Assembly (NCBI GenBank): GCA_051532055.1
Contig: JAOPTX010000001.1
Coordinates: 28,581-92,580, forward strand
Reading direction: 5' to 3'
Source: Fibrobacterales bacterium
Lineage (GTDB): Bacteria > Fibrobacterota > Fibrobacteria > Fibrobacterales > JAOPTW01
Length of the DNA: 64,000 nucleotides
The notes under the pieces were generated by a model that was not told the origin of the DNA, did not search any database, and saw only the letters and a list, made by a program, of their open reading frames with translations. Positions 46,070 to 56,431 of the stretch are shown piece after piece; the stretch's first letter is position 1; each line of letters starts with the position of its first letter. A program made the translations under genes and the position numbers.

Positions 46070-48361
46070 TTAGCTCTGTGAACTTGTAAGGTGAGGTGGC
46101 GTTACTTTTGGGATGCGGTCAATTGGAAGGGAAATTATGAAATGTGCTCCAAGGGATTCTGAAGGTTCAACATGGAGGGTGCCACAATGGTTTTCTGTAA
46201 TAATAAAATAGGAGACACTGAGTCCAAGACCAGTCCCAACTCCAACTGGTTTCGTAGTAAAAAACGGTTCAAAAATTCTTTTACTTATTTCGTCACTCAT
46301 TCCTGGTCCATTGTCTAGTATAGAAATTATCACTGAATTACTATCCTTTGAACGTTTAAGGGTAAAGGTAAACTCGGGAGATGGGTGTGTCCCACCTTTT
46401 TCAATGATTTCAGTATAGTAAGCTGTCATTGCTTCGGCGCCATTTCGAATAATATTTAAGAGCACCTGTTGTATTTTTGAAGCCTCACAAGGAACTTCTG
46501 GTAAATTATCTTCATAATTTCGAATCATGGATATTGATTTTATATCAATAGATTTTTTTAAATCGTAGTCAGTCGAAGCTATCTGAATAACAGAGTCTAA
46601 TAATTCTGTGATATTATGGGTAGAGAATCGATCCCCATCCTTTCGAGCAAATGAGAGCATATTTTGTACAATTGATGTAGCACGATTTCCCGCATCTTTG
46701 AGAAGAAAAAACATTCGCGGAATATTTCGCAAATCCATATAGGATTGTAGTGCAGACAATGAGAGACCGGCTTCTTTTGCTGCAGCTATATTTGCATTGA
46801 GTTCTCTATTGGTTAGACGGTTAATGATGTTCTCTGCATTTTGTAGTATGCCGCCAAGGGGATTATTTATTTCATGGGCCATACCTGCTGCAAGTCCGCC
46901 AACAGATAGCATTTTTTCATTTTGAACAACGACTTCTTCCATTTTTACATACTCGGTAACATTATCAATACGAATAACGACACCAGAAATACCTTTGGTA
47001 TTATGTGGATAAATTGTGATGTCTTCGTAATAGATTTGATTGTTGCGTGTGTAGAGTTGCTTTGGGATTGATCGTTCTTTGAATGATGCTTGCACTTCAC
47101 GGACAATGAGTTCTATATACTTGAGCCTCGGAATAAGATCAAACAGTGACTTTCCAAATGCATCATTAAAAGGGAGATTGGTCATTTGTATAGTGCTCTG
47201 GTTCCAGTGGGTAACTCGGAGGTCGGAATCAAGGGCAATGAGCATAGAGGGCATAGAGTCAATGACACTTTTTATCATAACTTTGGAAGAATGGAGCGCG
47301 TTTTCACGACTCTTTATATCAAAAGACATTTGATTCATGGTATGGGCTAGTTTTGAAAACTCTTTAAAGTAGATAGGGGAATCAATAGTTTGATAGACCC
47401 CCTGTGAGATAGCCTCACTATTTTTATTCAGTATTGTAAGGGAACGGGTTATTAGAGAACTCGATTGATGAGCAATTATAAGTGCGACAGTTCCAATGAC
47501 GATTGTTGCAATAATAAGCCATTTAATCATTTCATATATAGGGGCTGTTGTTTGCTCTGCAGGTTGATAGACTGATACTTTCCAAAGCGTCGTAGGTAAA
47601 AAGAGCGAATAGACCATTTGATCAATGCCATCGTATGGAAGAACAGATTCAATTATAGCGCCATTCCATCTGTTTTTACTATCAATAAAATGGGGGTCAT
47701 ATTCTCTGAGTCTAACTTTTTCTTGATCATTATGAGATATAAAAACACCGCGTTGGTCTGTAATTGATATGTATCTACTTTCGAAATTTTCATGGACAGC
47801 AGCAGTAGATAATACTTCAATTTCTTGAAGTGAAATGAAAAGAGTGATGAGTTTTGAATTGTGTTTTTTAGAAAGAGTGGTACTAACAACATTGAGTTGA
47901 TCAGACATAAAACTAGAAGACCAATAGGGTTCTTTTTGAGAAATGCCTATTTTATAATAGTCGTGCCCACTTACATCTATTCCAATCATTGTGGAGTCTT
48001 CAGGGTATATATATTCGGAAATTCCATCCGCATTGACAATTTGAAGTCCAAGAAGATGAGAATGAGCACCTATAATAAAATCAATTGATTCCTTGAGTTG
48101 TGGAGTAATACTATCATTATATGCGTGGAGAACGGTTTCTACTTTTTTTAGATCTTCGAGGGGCTCCATTATATATCGTTCCACACTTCGTGCAATAACT
48201 GAAACATGTTCTTTATTGGCAAGTGATAACTCTTTGGTGAGGGTGTTTGAAGATATGAATGCACCAAAGGCCCCGAGAAGAACGATAGGAATCAAAATAC
48301 CTAAGAGAAATAGCCCTATGAAGAACTGTTTAATATTAATTGACTTCAGAAATATGGACAT
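46070..48361 (-). CDS. Cache-HAMP-PAS sensor histidine kinase
   Basis: TM-Cache-TM, PAS, AHEINNPL, DNGPG, GTGLGL. Confidence 0.93.
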   Translation of the reverse strand: MSIFLKSINIKQFFIGLFLLGILIPIVLLGAFGAFISSNTLTKELSLANKEHVSVIARSVERYIMEPLEDLKKVETVLHAYNDSITPQLKESIDFIIGAHSHLLGLQIVNADGISEYIYPEDSTMIGIDVSGHDYYKIGISQKEPYWSSSFMSDQLNVVSTTLSKKHNSKLITLFISLQEIEVLSTAAVHENFESRYISITDQRGVFISHNDQEKVRLREYDPHFIDSKNRWNGAIIESVLPYDGIDQMVYSLFLPTTLWKVSVYQPAEQTTAPIYEMIKWLIIATIVIGTVALIIAHQSSSLITRSLTILNKNSEAISQGVYQTIDSPIYFKEFSKLAHTMNQMSFDIKSRENALHSSKVMIKSVIDSMPSMLIALDSDLRVTHWNQSTIQMTNLPFNDAFGKSLFDLIPRLKYIELIVREVQASFKERSIPKQLYTRNNQIYYEDITIYPHNTKGISGVVIRIDNVTEYVKMEEVVVQNEKMLSVGGLAAGMAHEINNPLGGILQNAENIINRLTNRELNANIAAAKEAGLSLSALQSYMDLRNIPRMFFLLKDAGNRATSIVQNMLSFARKDGDRFSTHNITELLDSVIQIASTDYDLKKSIDIKSISMIRNYEDNLPEVPCEASKIQQVLLNIIRNGAEAMTAYYTEIIEKGGTHPSPEFTFTLKRSKDSNSVIISILDNGPGMSDEISKRIFEPFFTTKPVGVGTGLGLSVSYFIITENHCGTLHVEPSESLGAHFIISLPIDRIPKVTPPHLTSSQS

Positions 48362-49442
48362 AATGGTTATTAATTATTTGGTAGAGTGAAAATTTGCGGT
48401 TGACATCTCCATACTTGTCAATTGAATAACTATCAGTGAGCCCCTGAAAGTTTTTTATGGAAGTAAGTGATTTTTTAATGGCTATACTTTTAAACGTACG
48501 TGATTCAGTTGCCGCAATAGAATAGATGTACATAACTTCATAGGCAAATCGTGCTGCGAAACTTGGCTCCATATCAAAGCGATCTTTAAAGCGTTTATTA
48601 AAAAGGTGTTCTGCTTCAGAGGGAATTGTTGTTTTGTACGAATCAACAAGAATCATTTTTTCAACACTTTTACCGCCGTACAACTCTACTTTTGATATTT
48701 TTGTCCACATAGTTCCATATAGTTGAGCTTTATAATTAGTTTTGAATAACTGTTGGGCGACTCCTGCTGCATCGATGCCGCTCGAAGCAAAAATTATTCC
48801 ATCGGGTTGGAAGTGTTGTGCTTGATTCGCATAGAGTCTCAGAGAATCTTTGCTATGGATTCCTACGATATTTATCGTTACATTGTGAGGAGTGAGTGTT
48901 TCTGTAGCGCCTTTAATTATTGAACTCACATATTCAGGATTAGTGCTATCAACAACAATCACTATTGATTTTAACTTTTTACGGAGAATATCTTTTGATA
49001 TCCATTTAGATTGATAAATTGCTGATGTATTCACCCGAAAAAAGTGATCGTCAATTCCTGAATACTTATCAGAGCTTACGGTAGGGCTAAATACAATGGT
49101 ACTTGCCTTTTCTGTATTCTTGAGTATGGCTGGAACCATGGTACTTAAAAATGGGCCAATAATAAGAGGGATATTGTTTTGTACCAGTTCTTTGACTTGT
49201 TGCTCTGCGCGCTGTTTATCACCGGCGTGATCTTTTATGACTAATACAATAGGGTGTCCATTAATTCCACCTTCTTTGTTTATTTGCTCAATAGCTAGTG
49301 AGAGACCTGCGCGGGCGTTAATTCCGAGTTGAGATTTTCTGCCAGATAAATTGCTCATGAAACCAATTTCTATAGGTGGCTTTGCACACTGTACTATAGA
49401 AATTAAAATAAGGCTGAGTATCAATAGTGGGGATTTTTTCAT
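48336..49442 (-). CDS. Branched-chain amino-acid-type periplasmic binding protein (Peripla_BP_6)
   Basis: IG....LSG....G....G..LA..IN..GGING; probable start MKKSP (49442), lipobox-like IVQC. Confidence 0.88.
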   Translation of the reverse strand: MKKSPLLILSLILISIVQCAKPPIEIGFMSNLSGRKSQLGINARAGLSLAIEQINKEGGINGHPIVLVIKDHAGDKQRAEQQVKELVQNNIPLIIGPFLSTMVPAILKNTEKASTIVFSPTVSSDKYSGIDDHFFRVNTSAIYQSKWISKDILRKKLKSIVIVVDSTNPEYVSSIIKGATETLTPHNVTINIVGIHSKDSLRLYANQAQHFQPDGIIFASSGIDAAGVAQQLFKTNYKAQLYGTMWTKISKVELYGGKSVEKMILVDSYKTTIPSEAEHLFNKRFKDRFDMEPSFAARFAYEVMYIYSIAATESRTFKSIAIKKSLTSIKNFQGLTDSYSIDKYGDVNRKFSLYQIINNHYVHISEVN

Positions 49443-49458
49443 GGTGACATCAGCATGG

Positions 49459-50799
49459 TTAATGAAGGCTCTGTATAGAAAACTCAAAGAGGAGAGATTG
49501 TTCCGAAGATTTAGAAATAGATATTTTCCAATGAAGCATCGTTATAATACAGTGAAATTCATTAATGACTTGAATATTGTCTGCTGGGCCAAACAGTGAG
49601 GCTATATGATTTGAAATTAGGTCGGGTAAAATAATACAGTGATGTATTGTTATGAGTGCAGTCGTTGTATCGGAGTCGGCTTGGAGAGAAAGTTCAATTT
49701 TTTTGGTTTCATTCGCAACGGTATCTAGTGAGATTGCAGCTTTAAAAGATTTAAAGAGTAGATCTATAAAGAGTTCTTTTGAAGATTTTACAAAGTATTT
49801 GGCCGGCATATCTACAACAATTTCAATGCCATGGTCTTGAAAAGATTTCATAAATATATCGAGAGTATTTTCTATCAATGTATTGATTTCAGTAATGCTA
49901 CTGATGTTTTCATCATCTATAAATTTTCGGTATGAATTTAAAATATGGGTCACTTCATCACTTTTAGCGATAATTCGATTTTGATTCACTTCCATAGTGT
50001 TGATGGTATTCACAAAACTATCTTTAATAGATTTCAAAAATGAGAGTAGATGTCCTGCTTTATCTTGTGTTACCAAAAAATCATAGAGATCAGATGAATG
50101 ATCATCAAGGAGAGTACATACCTCTCTGAGTTTATCTGTAGGAAGGGACTTAATATCTTTATTGAGAACATAAATTGCAGTATTAATACTATTCATGCTG
50201 TTGCCAATGTTATGAATAACATCTATAGCTATATCTGCTTGCCCTGCTTTATGGGCACTATCAATGAGAAGGTTTTGTGTTTTGCCAAGGGCATTGGTTC
50301 GCTCTTCAATAATCTCTTCAAGATGGGTTTGGTAGTGCTTGAGTTCTCTGTTTTTAGTGGTTAACTCTTTGGTTTGTGTCGTAACTTTTTGTTCAAGTTC
50401 TTCCTGATAGCGCTCTTTCTCTTTAAGGAGTTCATACTTTTCTAGGAGGCGCTCAATGGTGATGGTGAGTATTGAAAAATCCCTGATAGGCTTGAGTACA
50501 TAGTCCCAAGCCCCTTTATGGAGTGCTTCTATTACATCTTCGGCAACGCCGTTTCCTGATAATACAATGATGGGAGTTTTGAGTTCTTTTCCTCGCACAT
50601 ATTCAATTAATTCCATACCAGTTTTTTCTGGCATACGCATATCAGTTATAATGAGATCGGCTGGATGAGAATCGATTAGTTCACATCCCTCGCGTCCATT
50701 GGTTGCGGTGAAAATTTGATAACCACAATCTTCAAGAAATGCTTGGACACTAAAAAGTATCGAACTGTCATCATCAATCAGGATTATTGTTTTTCCCAT
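49459..50799 (-). CDS. Receiver + coiled coil + degenerate histidine-kinase-like region
   Basis: Intact REC domain (DDD, DMRMP, KP); VIHNIGN H-box-like motif; no N or G boxes. Confidence 0.8.
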   Translation of the reverse strand: MGKTIILIDDDSSILFSVQAFLEDCGYQIFTATNGREGCELIDSHPADLIITDMRMPEKTGMELIEYVRGKELKTPIIVLSGNGVAEDVIEALHKGAWDYVLKPIRDFSILTITIERLLEKYELLKEKERYQEELEQKVTTQTKELTTKNRELKHYQTHLEEIIEERTNALGKTQNLLIDSAHKAGQADIAIDVIHNIGNSMNSINTAIYVLNKDIKSLPTDKLREVCTLLDDHSSDLYDFLVTQDKAGHLLSFLKSIKDSFVNTINTMEVNQNRIIAKSDEVTHILNSYRKFIDDENISSITEINTLIENTLDIFMKSFQDHGIEIVVDMPAKYFVKSSKELFIDLLFKSFKAAISLDTVANETKKIELSLQADSDTTTALITIHHCIILPDLISNHIASLFGPADNIQVINEFHCIITMLHWKISISKSSEQSLLFEFSIQSLH

Positions 50800-51029
50800 G
50801 ATTGCCTTTAGGTAGTATTTGTATGATATTACTATAAAAATGCCTATTTATTCAATTTATTCGTCTAAAAAAAAGCATTTAAGATTGTTTTGTGGTTTCA
50901 TTTGTAAGCAAGGATACTAAGGTGGGTAACATTCTACATTTATGCAATTGTTTCGCACTCATTTGAATAATTTCACCATAGATCAAGTAAAGATTTATAT
51001 TAGTACCATATCTTTTATTGAAACTACCT

Positions 51030-51761
51030 ATGAGTCAAAATCGTTTTTATACCCTATTAAATATTGCTTACGATGAACTATTTCCTCTGAAAGAGGTGAC
51101 TAAAATATTTTTTGATTGCTATCTCAATCGAGATGCACATGTGTTGGATATAGGCTGTGCTACAGGGGCACTCAGTTCATTTTTTGCAAAAAGAGTGCAA
51201 AAAGTTGTTGGAATCGATGTAAATCAAGCGCTTTTAGAAAGAGCGTCAAATGAGGCACATAGACGTGGGGTTGTTATCGACTTCCACAAGGCCTCTATGG
51301 TCAATTTGCACGAGTATGTGAATTCTAATTCCCAGTCTCTTATAAGTTGTATTGGAAATACCTTACCGCATCTTCATAGTGATGAAGAGTGTATCGCTTT
51401 TTTAACTGCGTGTAAGCAAACTCTTGTACAAGGCTGTCCTCTTATTATACAGATCGTCAATTATGATTGGGTATTAACAGATGAAATTAAAGAACTCCCT
51501 CTTATAGATACAGAATCTTATCACTTCAGGAGGACCTATTCGAAAGTACGCACTGATGGCCTTATTGATTTTTCCATGGTCTTAAAAGAGACTGCAAGTG
51601 GCAAAAAATCGAAATCAACTATTCAATTAAATCCTATAACACAAGAAAAGTTAAAATTTTTCCTCAAAACTGCTGGATTTCATGGGATATCACTATATGG
51701 GTCTTTTGAAAGAGAACCGCTAGGGCCTCAATCAAAAGGTTTAATCGTTGAAGCTATATAA
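51030..51761 (+). CDS. Class I SAM-dependent methyltransferase
   Basis: VLDIGCATG; CIGNTLPHL. Confidence 0.9.
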   Translation: MSQNRFYTLLNIAYDELFPLKEVTKIFFDCYLNRDAHVLDIGCATGALSSFFAKRVQKVVGIDVNQALLERASNEAHRRGVVIDFHKASMVNLHEYVNSNSQSLISCIGNTLPHLHSDEECIAFLTACKQTLVQGCPLIIQIVNYDWVLTDEIKELPLIDTESYHFRRTYSKVRTDGLIDFSMVLKETASGKKSKSTIQLNPITQEKLKFFLKTAGFHGISLYGSFEREPLGPQSKGLIVEAI

Positions 51762-51899
51762 GTTAACTAAGTATCAGAGTTATTAATTTGATAATTTTTT
51801 CCTAAAAAAAGTAAAAGGCTCGATTCCTTTCTGAGAGTGTAGTATAATAGTGCGATAGAACTGAAAAACAACTCTCACATTAAGCAGTAGGAATCACTC

Positions 51900-53525
51900 A
51901 TGAATCCTGATATACAACAAAAAGTTTTTGATCTTACGGAAGCAATAAAAGCTGTAGAATTTGAAACGGTTGAACTTTTGATTAATGACCTTCTTAAAGG
52001 TGATGACAAAAGAATAATACAAAAAGTGATTGTTGAATTGAGTAAAATAGATGAAAATCTTATTGAGGCACTCTCCTACTATTTGTCGAGAAATATTAAT
52101 ACAATTGAAGAAGTTCCCATTCTACAAGAAATCTTATTTGCGAAAATTTTGTCACGTCAGAACACCATTATTGATCTTTTAGAAAAATCTGACGAAGATG
52201 AGGAACGAAAATTTTATGTCTATGTGATCGGTGAACTCCGTATAGAAATGGCTGTACCAGTGCTAGAAAAGCAGCTTGCACGAACCACTTCTGAATCGTA
52301 TATTGTCTTTATAATAAAAGCCCTCGGGAAAGTTGGTGATGCTGCAGATGCACGTATGATATCTGACTTTTTATATGCTCCAAGCCGTTCTCTTATAACC
52401 GAAGCCATTAGGGCTCTCGGGGCAATTGGGTCTCATACCGCAATTAAACAACTCGCTGAACGCATGGGGACTGATGCTGAATTTGATTCTCTTATTATTG
52501 ATCAATTTGCTAAGGTACAAGATCATTTAAGTATCGAAAAATTAAATGAAACGATGGCTTCTCATACGGCACACATCAGAACGTATGGTAAAACAAAACT
52601 CATTGATATTGGTCCCAAAGTACTTCCGGTAATTTTGGAAAACTTGGTGAGTGATGATATTGATTTTGTGATTCATACCCTAAACGTTTTGGCAGAAATG
52701 GATGATGAATCAGCGATAAAACCAATAAGAGATTTGCTACATGGTGAACCACGTGATGCAAATATAAGGTTTGCAGCCTATGAAGCACTCGGGAAACTTC
52801 CCTTTCAGAAAGTGGCCTATGCCCTTGCAGATGGGCTAAATGATTCAGTTGATAATGTACGAGTGGCTGCGGCTAAAGCGATAAATAATAACTATTCTGA
52901 GGTATTGGGGGCTGGGGTCAAAAATTTGATTCAGTCATCTGCTTTTAATAGTGATGAAATAATTTCTGCAATTGTAGAGTCAGAGTCTGACCACATTTTT
53001 CTGACACTCATCGATGATGATGATTTCAAAGAGAGGATATTTACTTATATTCGCGAACAAGCACACGCTGAAGTGGTTAAATTCTTTACCGTCATTTTAA
53101 CAAAAAACAATAGGGCTGAACTCGTTGTTGAGTTGGCAAATATAGTTGAAAAAGAAAGTACTGAAGTGTTAATTTATGCTGTTGATGACTCTCGTATGAT
53201 ACTCAATATTTACCGAAGTGCCCTTCATAAACTTGGTTTTGAATGCAAACTTTTTGAATTCCCTGAAACAGTACTTCAACAGGTTCAAGATGATAAGCCG
53301 AAGTTGATTTTCACTGACCTCAATATGCCGGTCTATTCAGGGATCGATTTGACTAAAGAGCTTCGTAAAACCTATTCAAAAGAAGAGATTCCTATTGTGA
53401 TGGTGACTACTCAAAGTGATATTCAAGATAAAAATGCGGCAACTGATGCAGGAGTAAACATTGTTTTGAACAAACCATTTACGCCCGAAGATCTTAAAGA
53501 AGCATTAAATCAATTTGGATTATAA
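51900..53525 (+). CDS. HEAT-repeat protein with a C-terminal response regulator receiver
   Basis: Repeated ALG helices (RFAAYEALG, VRVAAAKA); C-terminal AVDDS...TDLNMP...KPF. Confidence 0.88.
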   Translation: MNPDIQQKVFDLTEAIKAVEFETVELLINDLLKGDDKRIIQKVIVELSKIDENLIEALSYYLSRNINTIEEVPILQEILFAKILSRQNTIIDLLEKSDEDEERKFYVYVIGELRIEMAVPVLEKQLARTTSESYIVFIIKALGKVGDAADARMISDFLYAPSRSLITEAIRALGAIGSHTAIKQLAERMGTDAEFDSLIIDQFAKVQDHLSIEKLNETMASHTAHIRTYGKTKLIDIGPKVLPVILENLVSDDIDFVIHTLNVLAEMDDESAIKPIRDLLHGEPRDANIRFAAYEALGKLPFQKVAYALADGLNDSVDNVRVAAAKAINNNYSEVLGAGVKNLIQSSAFNSDEIISAIVESESDHIFLTLIDDDDFKERIFTYIREQAHAEVVKFFTVILTKNNRAELVVELANIVEKESTEVLIYAVDDSRMILNIYRSALHKLGFECKLFEFPETVLQQVQDDKPKLIFTDLNMPVYSGIDLTKELRKTYSKEEIPIVMVTTQSDIQDKNAATDAGVNIVLNKPFTPEDLKEALNQFGL

Positions 53526-53538
53526 TTAAAAAAAATAA

Positions 53539-54096
53539 TTAGAATATGGTTTCGATCAAGACCCAATCAAGAAGGTGAGCAGTGCAGTCTTCTCCATCGC
53601 ATTGTTCAAAATTAACTCCCTTCATAAAGTATTCACTGCTATGACACTGAGAACATTCATAGAGTCCTGCAATTGCACAGCAGGTAGGGTTATTTGAGTA
53701 GTCAGTTCCATTTGGAATTTCGACAATACTTAATTGATCAATGGGGGCACCCATAATATGAGTATGGGCAATTTTGTGATTTTTATTGACGAAGAATTGG
53801 CCTCTTTGCTGATAGATTGCAATAGAGTCGTTTAGATAGGCTTTATTTAGAGCGCCTTCAATTTCTGAATCAACTCCCACAAGACAAAATTTAACTCCGC
53901 GATCTTCGTAATCAGAGAGAAGAGATACCAGTGAAATTATGTAGAGATAATCAATTTCGTGAAGGAGCGCAATATTAAGAGCAATTCTATAGCAGTGGTT
54001 TTTGATCGCAGTATCAAGAGTGTAAGTAAGTTCTTCAATTGAACTTTCTTTACTCTCATTTGGCTTAAAAATTATTTCGAGGTACTGCTCTATCAC
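53539..54096 (-). CDS. STAS-like domain + C-terminal Cys-rich (zinc-ribbon-like) protein
   Basis: IALNIALLHEID...GVKFCLVG is STAS-like; AGLYECSQC...FEQC....C. Confidence 0.55.
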   Translation of the reverse strand: MIEQYLEIIFKPNESKESSIEELTYTLDTAIKNHCYRIALNIALLHEIDYLYIISLVSLLSDYEDRGVKFCLVGVDSEIEGALNKAYLNDSIAIYQQRGQFFVNKNHKIAHTHIMGAPIDQLSIVEIPNGTDYSNNPTCCAIAGLYECSQCHSSEYFMKGVNFEQCDGEDCTAHLLDWVLIETIF

Positions 54097-54185
54097 AAGA
54101 TTTACCTTAGAATTATATAGTTGAAATATAATAAATCAGGTTCTACAGATAGGGACAGAGTGAGTGATGCCCTAAAAATTGTCAT

Positions 54186-54371
54186 TTAGTAATGGGGTGG
54201 TGGTGTATTTTCGACAGTCCCATCATCACCCATACCTTCCTGAACTTTATAAATAAGTTGCTCGAGTGCATCAATTTGGTCTTGTTGCTGTGTTATAATG
54301 GTATTCAAGGTGTCGATCATATCTTCTTGATAACTAAATTTTTTCTCAAGCTCGATTATGCGATCTTCCAT
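54186..54371 (-). CDS. slyX: SlyX protein
   Basis: RIIELE.K.SYQE..I..LN...QQ..I; C-terminal PPPHY. Confidence 0.92.
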   Translation of the reverse strand: MEDRIIELEKKFSYQEDMIDTLNTIITQQQDQIDALEQLIYKVQEGMGDDGTVENTPPPHY

Positions 54372-54492
54372 ACAGCCTCATCTAATATTTCTATATTTAT
54401 GGCAAATATAGAAATTCACTTAAAAGCCGTCCCATAATTGCGAAATTGGTTCAGAATAATGATAATAACCGTAATTGGAGCAGAAGGGCTAT

Positions 54493-55188
54493 ATGCGACT
54501 CGATAAATTTATAGCAGATACCACAAACTTGTCACGAAAAGAGGCGGGAAAAGTTATTAAGCAAGGCCGTATTGCCGTTGCTGGTGTAGTTAATAAAAAA
54601 GCGTCTGATCATGTGGACGTTGATACCGAAGTGAGTATCGACGGTGACTTACTTATCCTACGCACAGACATCTATATTATGATGCATAAACCCAAAGGGG
54701 TGATTTGTAGTACCAAAGATTCTCATAATGAGACCGTTCTTGCTTTTCTTGATGACGATATCAAAATGCGGTTACCTGCAGCAGCGGGAAGACTCGATAA
54801 AGATGTTACAGGGCTCGTTCTTCTAACCAATGATGGAGTATGGAATCACAATATAACCTCTCCTCGAAAAGACAAATTTAAAATTTATCAAGTGATTGCT
54901 CGAGATATTCTCTCAGAAAAAGATGTTACTCTATTTAAAAAGGGCATTACCCTTTCAGGAGATGATACTCCGTGTAAACCTGCAGAGTTGATACTCAAAG
55001 GTGATAAAGAGGCAGAGCTTCGTATTACAGAAGGACGATATCACCAGGTGAAACGTATGTTCGAATCAATTGAAAACGAAGTGGTAGAACTACACCGTAC
55101 TGAAATTGCAGGTATCGTTCTTGATCAGGAATTACAACCTGGTGAATGGAGAGAGTTAACAGAAGAAGAAATTGCAGTCGGTCGGTAA
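54493..55188 (+). CDS. rsuA: 16S rRNA pseudouridine synthase RsuA family
   Basis: MRLDKF S4 domain, HKPKG, GRLDKD.TGL, EGRYHQVKRMF. Confidence 0.9.
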   Translation: MRLDKFIADTTNLSRKEAGKVIKQGRIAVAGVVNKKASDHVDVDTEVSIDGDLLILRTDIYIMMHKPKGVICSTKDSHNETVLAFLDDDIKMRLPAAAGRLDKDVTGLVLLTNDGVWNHNITSPRKDKFKIYQVIARDILSEKDVTLFKKGITLSGDDTPCKPAELILKGDKEAELRITEGRYHQVKRMFESIENEVVELHRTEIAGIVLDQELQPGEWRELTEEEIAVGR

Positions 55189-55195
55189 TATACTT

Positions 55196-56431
55196 TTAAA
55201 AGCAGACCTGATTTCGTCCTTTGTTTTTTGCTTTATATAGAGCTCTATCAGCAGCTTTTATCACTTCATCAGTGGTGATCAGTTGGTCGCTGCGTTCAGC
55301 AACTCCCATACTCACCGTAATTTGGACAATTCGAGCGATCTTAAAAGTTGATCGGTGCTGTTTTCCTTTCGAGTTTCTTTTGGGTCTGAGGCGGCTCCGA
55401 ATAGACATTTGATATTCAGAGATTGATTGTCTGAGATCTTCAATATGGGGAACAGCTTTTTTTATAGATGCTCTATTGAAAACTACAGCAAACTCTTCAC
55501 CCCCATATCGAAATGCTTGACCACCACCGGTAACTTGTCGTACTTTAGATGCGACTAATTGTAATACCTGATCACCGACATCATGCCCATAATCATCATT
55601 GAATTTTTTAAAGTGATCAATGTCTACCATGGCTATTGAGTAGTTGCGTCCAAGTGAAAAAAGATACTCATTCAGAGCACGTCGCCCAGGAATGTTGGTA
55701 AGTTCATCACGATACGCCATGTTATATGATGTTTGTAAAATACCAATGAGAAGGGCTAGGGCTGCACCAGTGTAACCAATGAGGAATTGGAGGTCATTCT
55801 GGGCGCTGCTATAAGTTGCCATCAGTATTATCAATGAGCCAATAAGGCTTCCTTCAATATGAGAGTGTTTATAGAGCCATTTAGCAGTACCAACTATTAA
55901 AGCCAGAACGAGGAGGATCACCGCAAGGTCGGGGAGTCCTTCATAGGAACCTTTGCTTGAGGACCAAATATCCATGCCAAAGAAATTTCGTGCAATACCA
56001 GAGTTCCGGTGAGTGAGTGAGTATAGAATAAAGAGTTCAAGTGCGAGAAGAAGGGCTTTTATAAGGCCAGAGCTACAGAGCAGTACTCTGTTTTTGGAGG
56101 TGGCGAAGAGGAAGTAGTTTAGAGGGATGAGTGTAGCGGTAACTAAAAGAATTGCAGTATGTGAAATACTATGAGGAACGAGAAAGGTTTGCCCAAGGCA
56201 CCAATAGCAGAAGGTTATGGTTACTATAACAAAGAGGGCATTGTTTTTATTAAACCGTAAGGTAATAATTGCTGTAACTCCAAGAATAACATAAGGGAGT
56301 AAAAAGAGAAGTTCTGGGGGTGATATAAGGAGGTCTGCAAGGTAGGTGTTTAGAATAAGAACCATGACCAAAAGAATCACTGGAGCAATAGTTGTTTCGA
56401 GGAGCCCTTTAAAAATTCGTTGATAGATCAT
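55196..56431 (-). CDS. Membrane diguanylate cyclase
   Basis: Multi-TM N-terminus; DELT...RR, DIDHFKKFND.YGH..GD, RYGGEEF. Confidence 0.93.
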   Translation of the reverse strand: MIYQRIFKGLLETTIAPVILLVMVLILNTYLADLLISPPELLFLLPYVILGVTAIITLRFNKNNALFVIVTITFCYWCLGQTFLVPHSISHTAILLVTATLIPLNYFLFATSKNRVLLCSSGLIKALLLALELFILYSLTHRNSGIARNFFGMDIWSSSKGSYEGLPDLAVILLVLALIVGTAKWLYKHSHIEGSLIGSLIILMATYSSAQNDLQFLIGYTGAALALLIGILQTSYNMAYRDELTNIPGRRALNEYLFSLGRNYSIAMVDIDHFKKFNDDYGHDVGDQVLQLVASKVRQVTGGGQAFRYGGEEFAVVFNRASIKKAVPHIEDLRQSISEYQMSIRSRLRPKRNSKGKQHRSTFKIARIVQITVSMGVAERSDQLITTDEVIKAADRALYKAKNKGRNQVCF

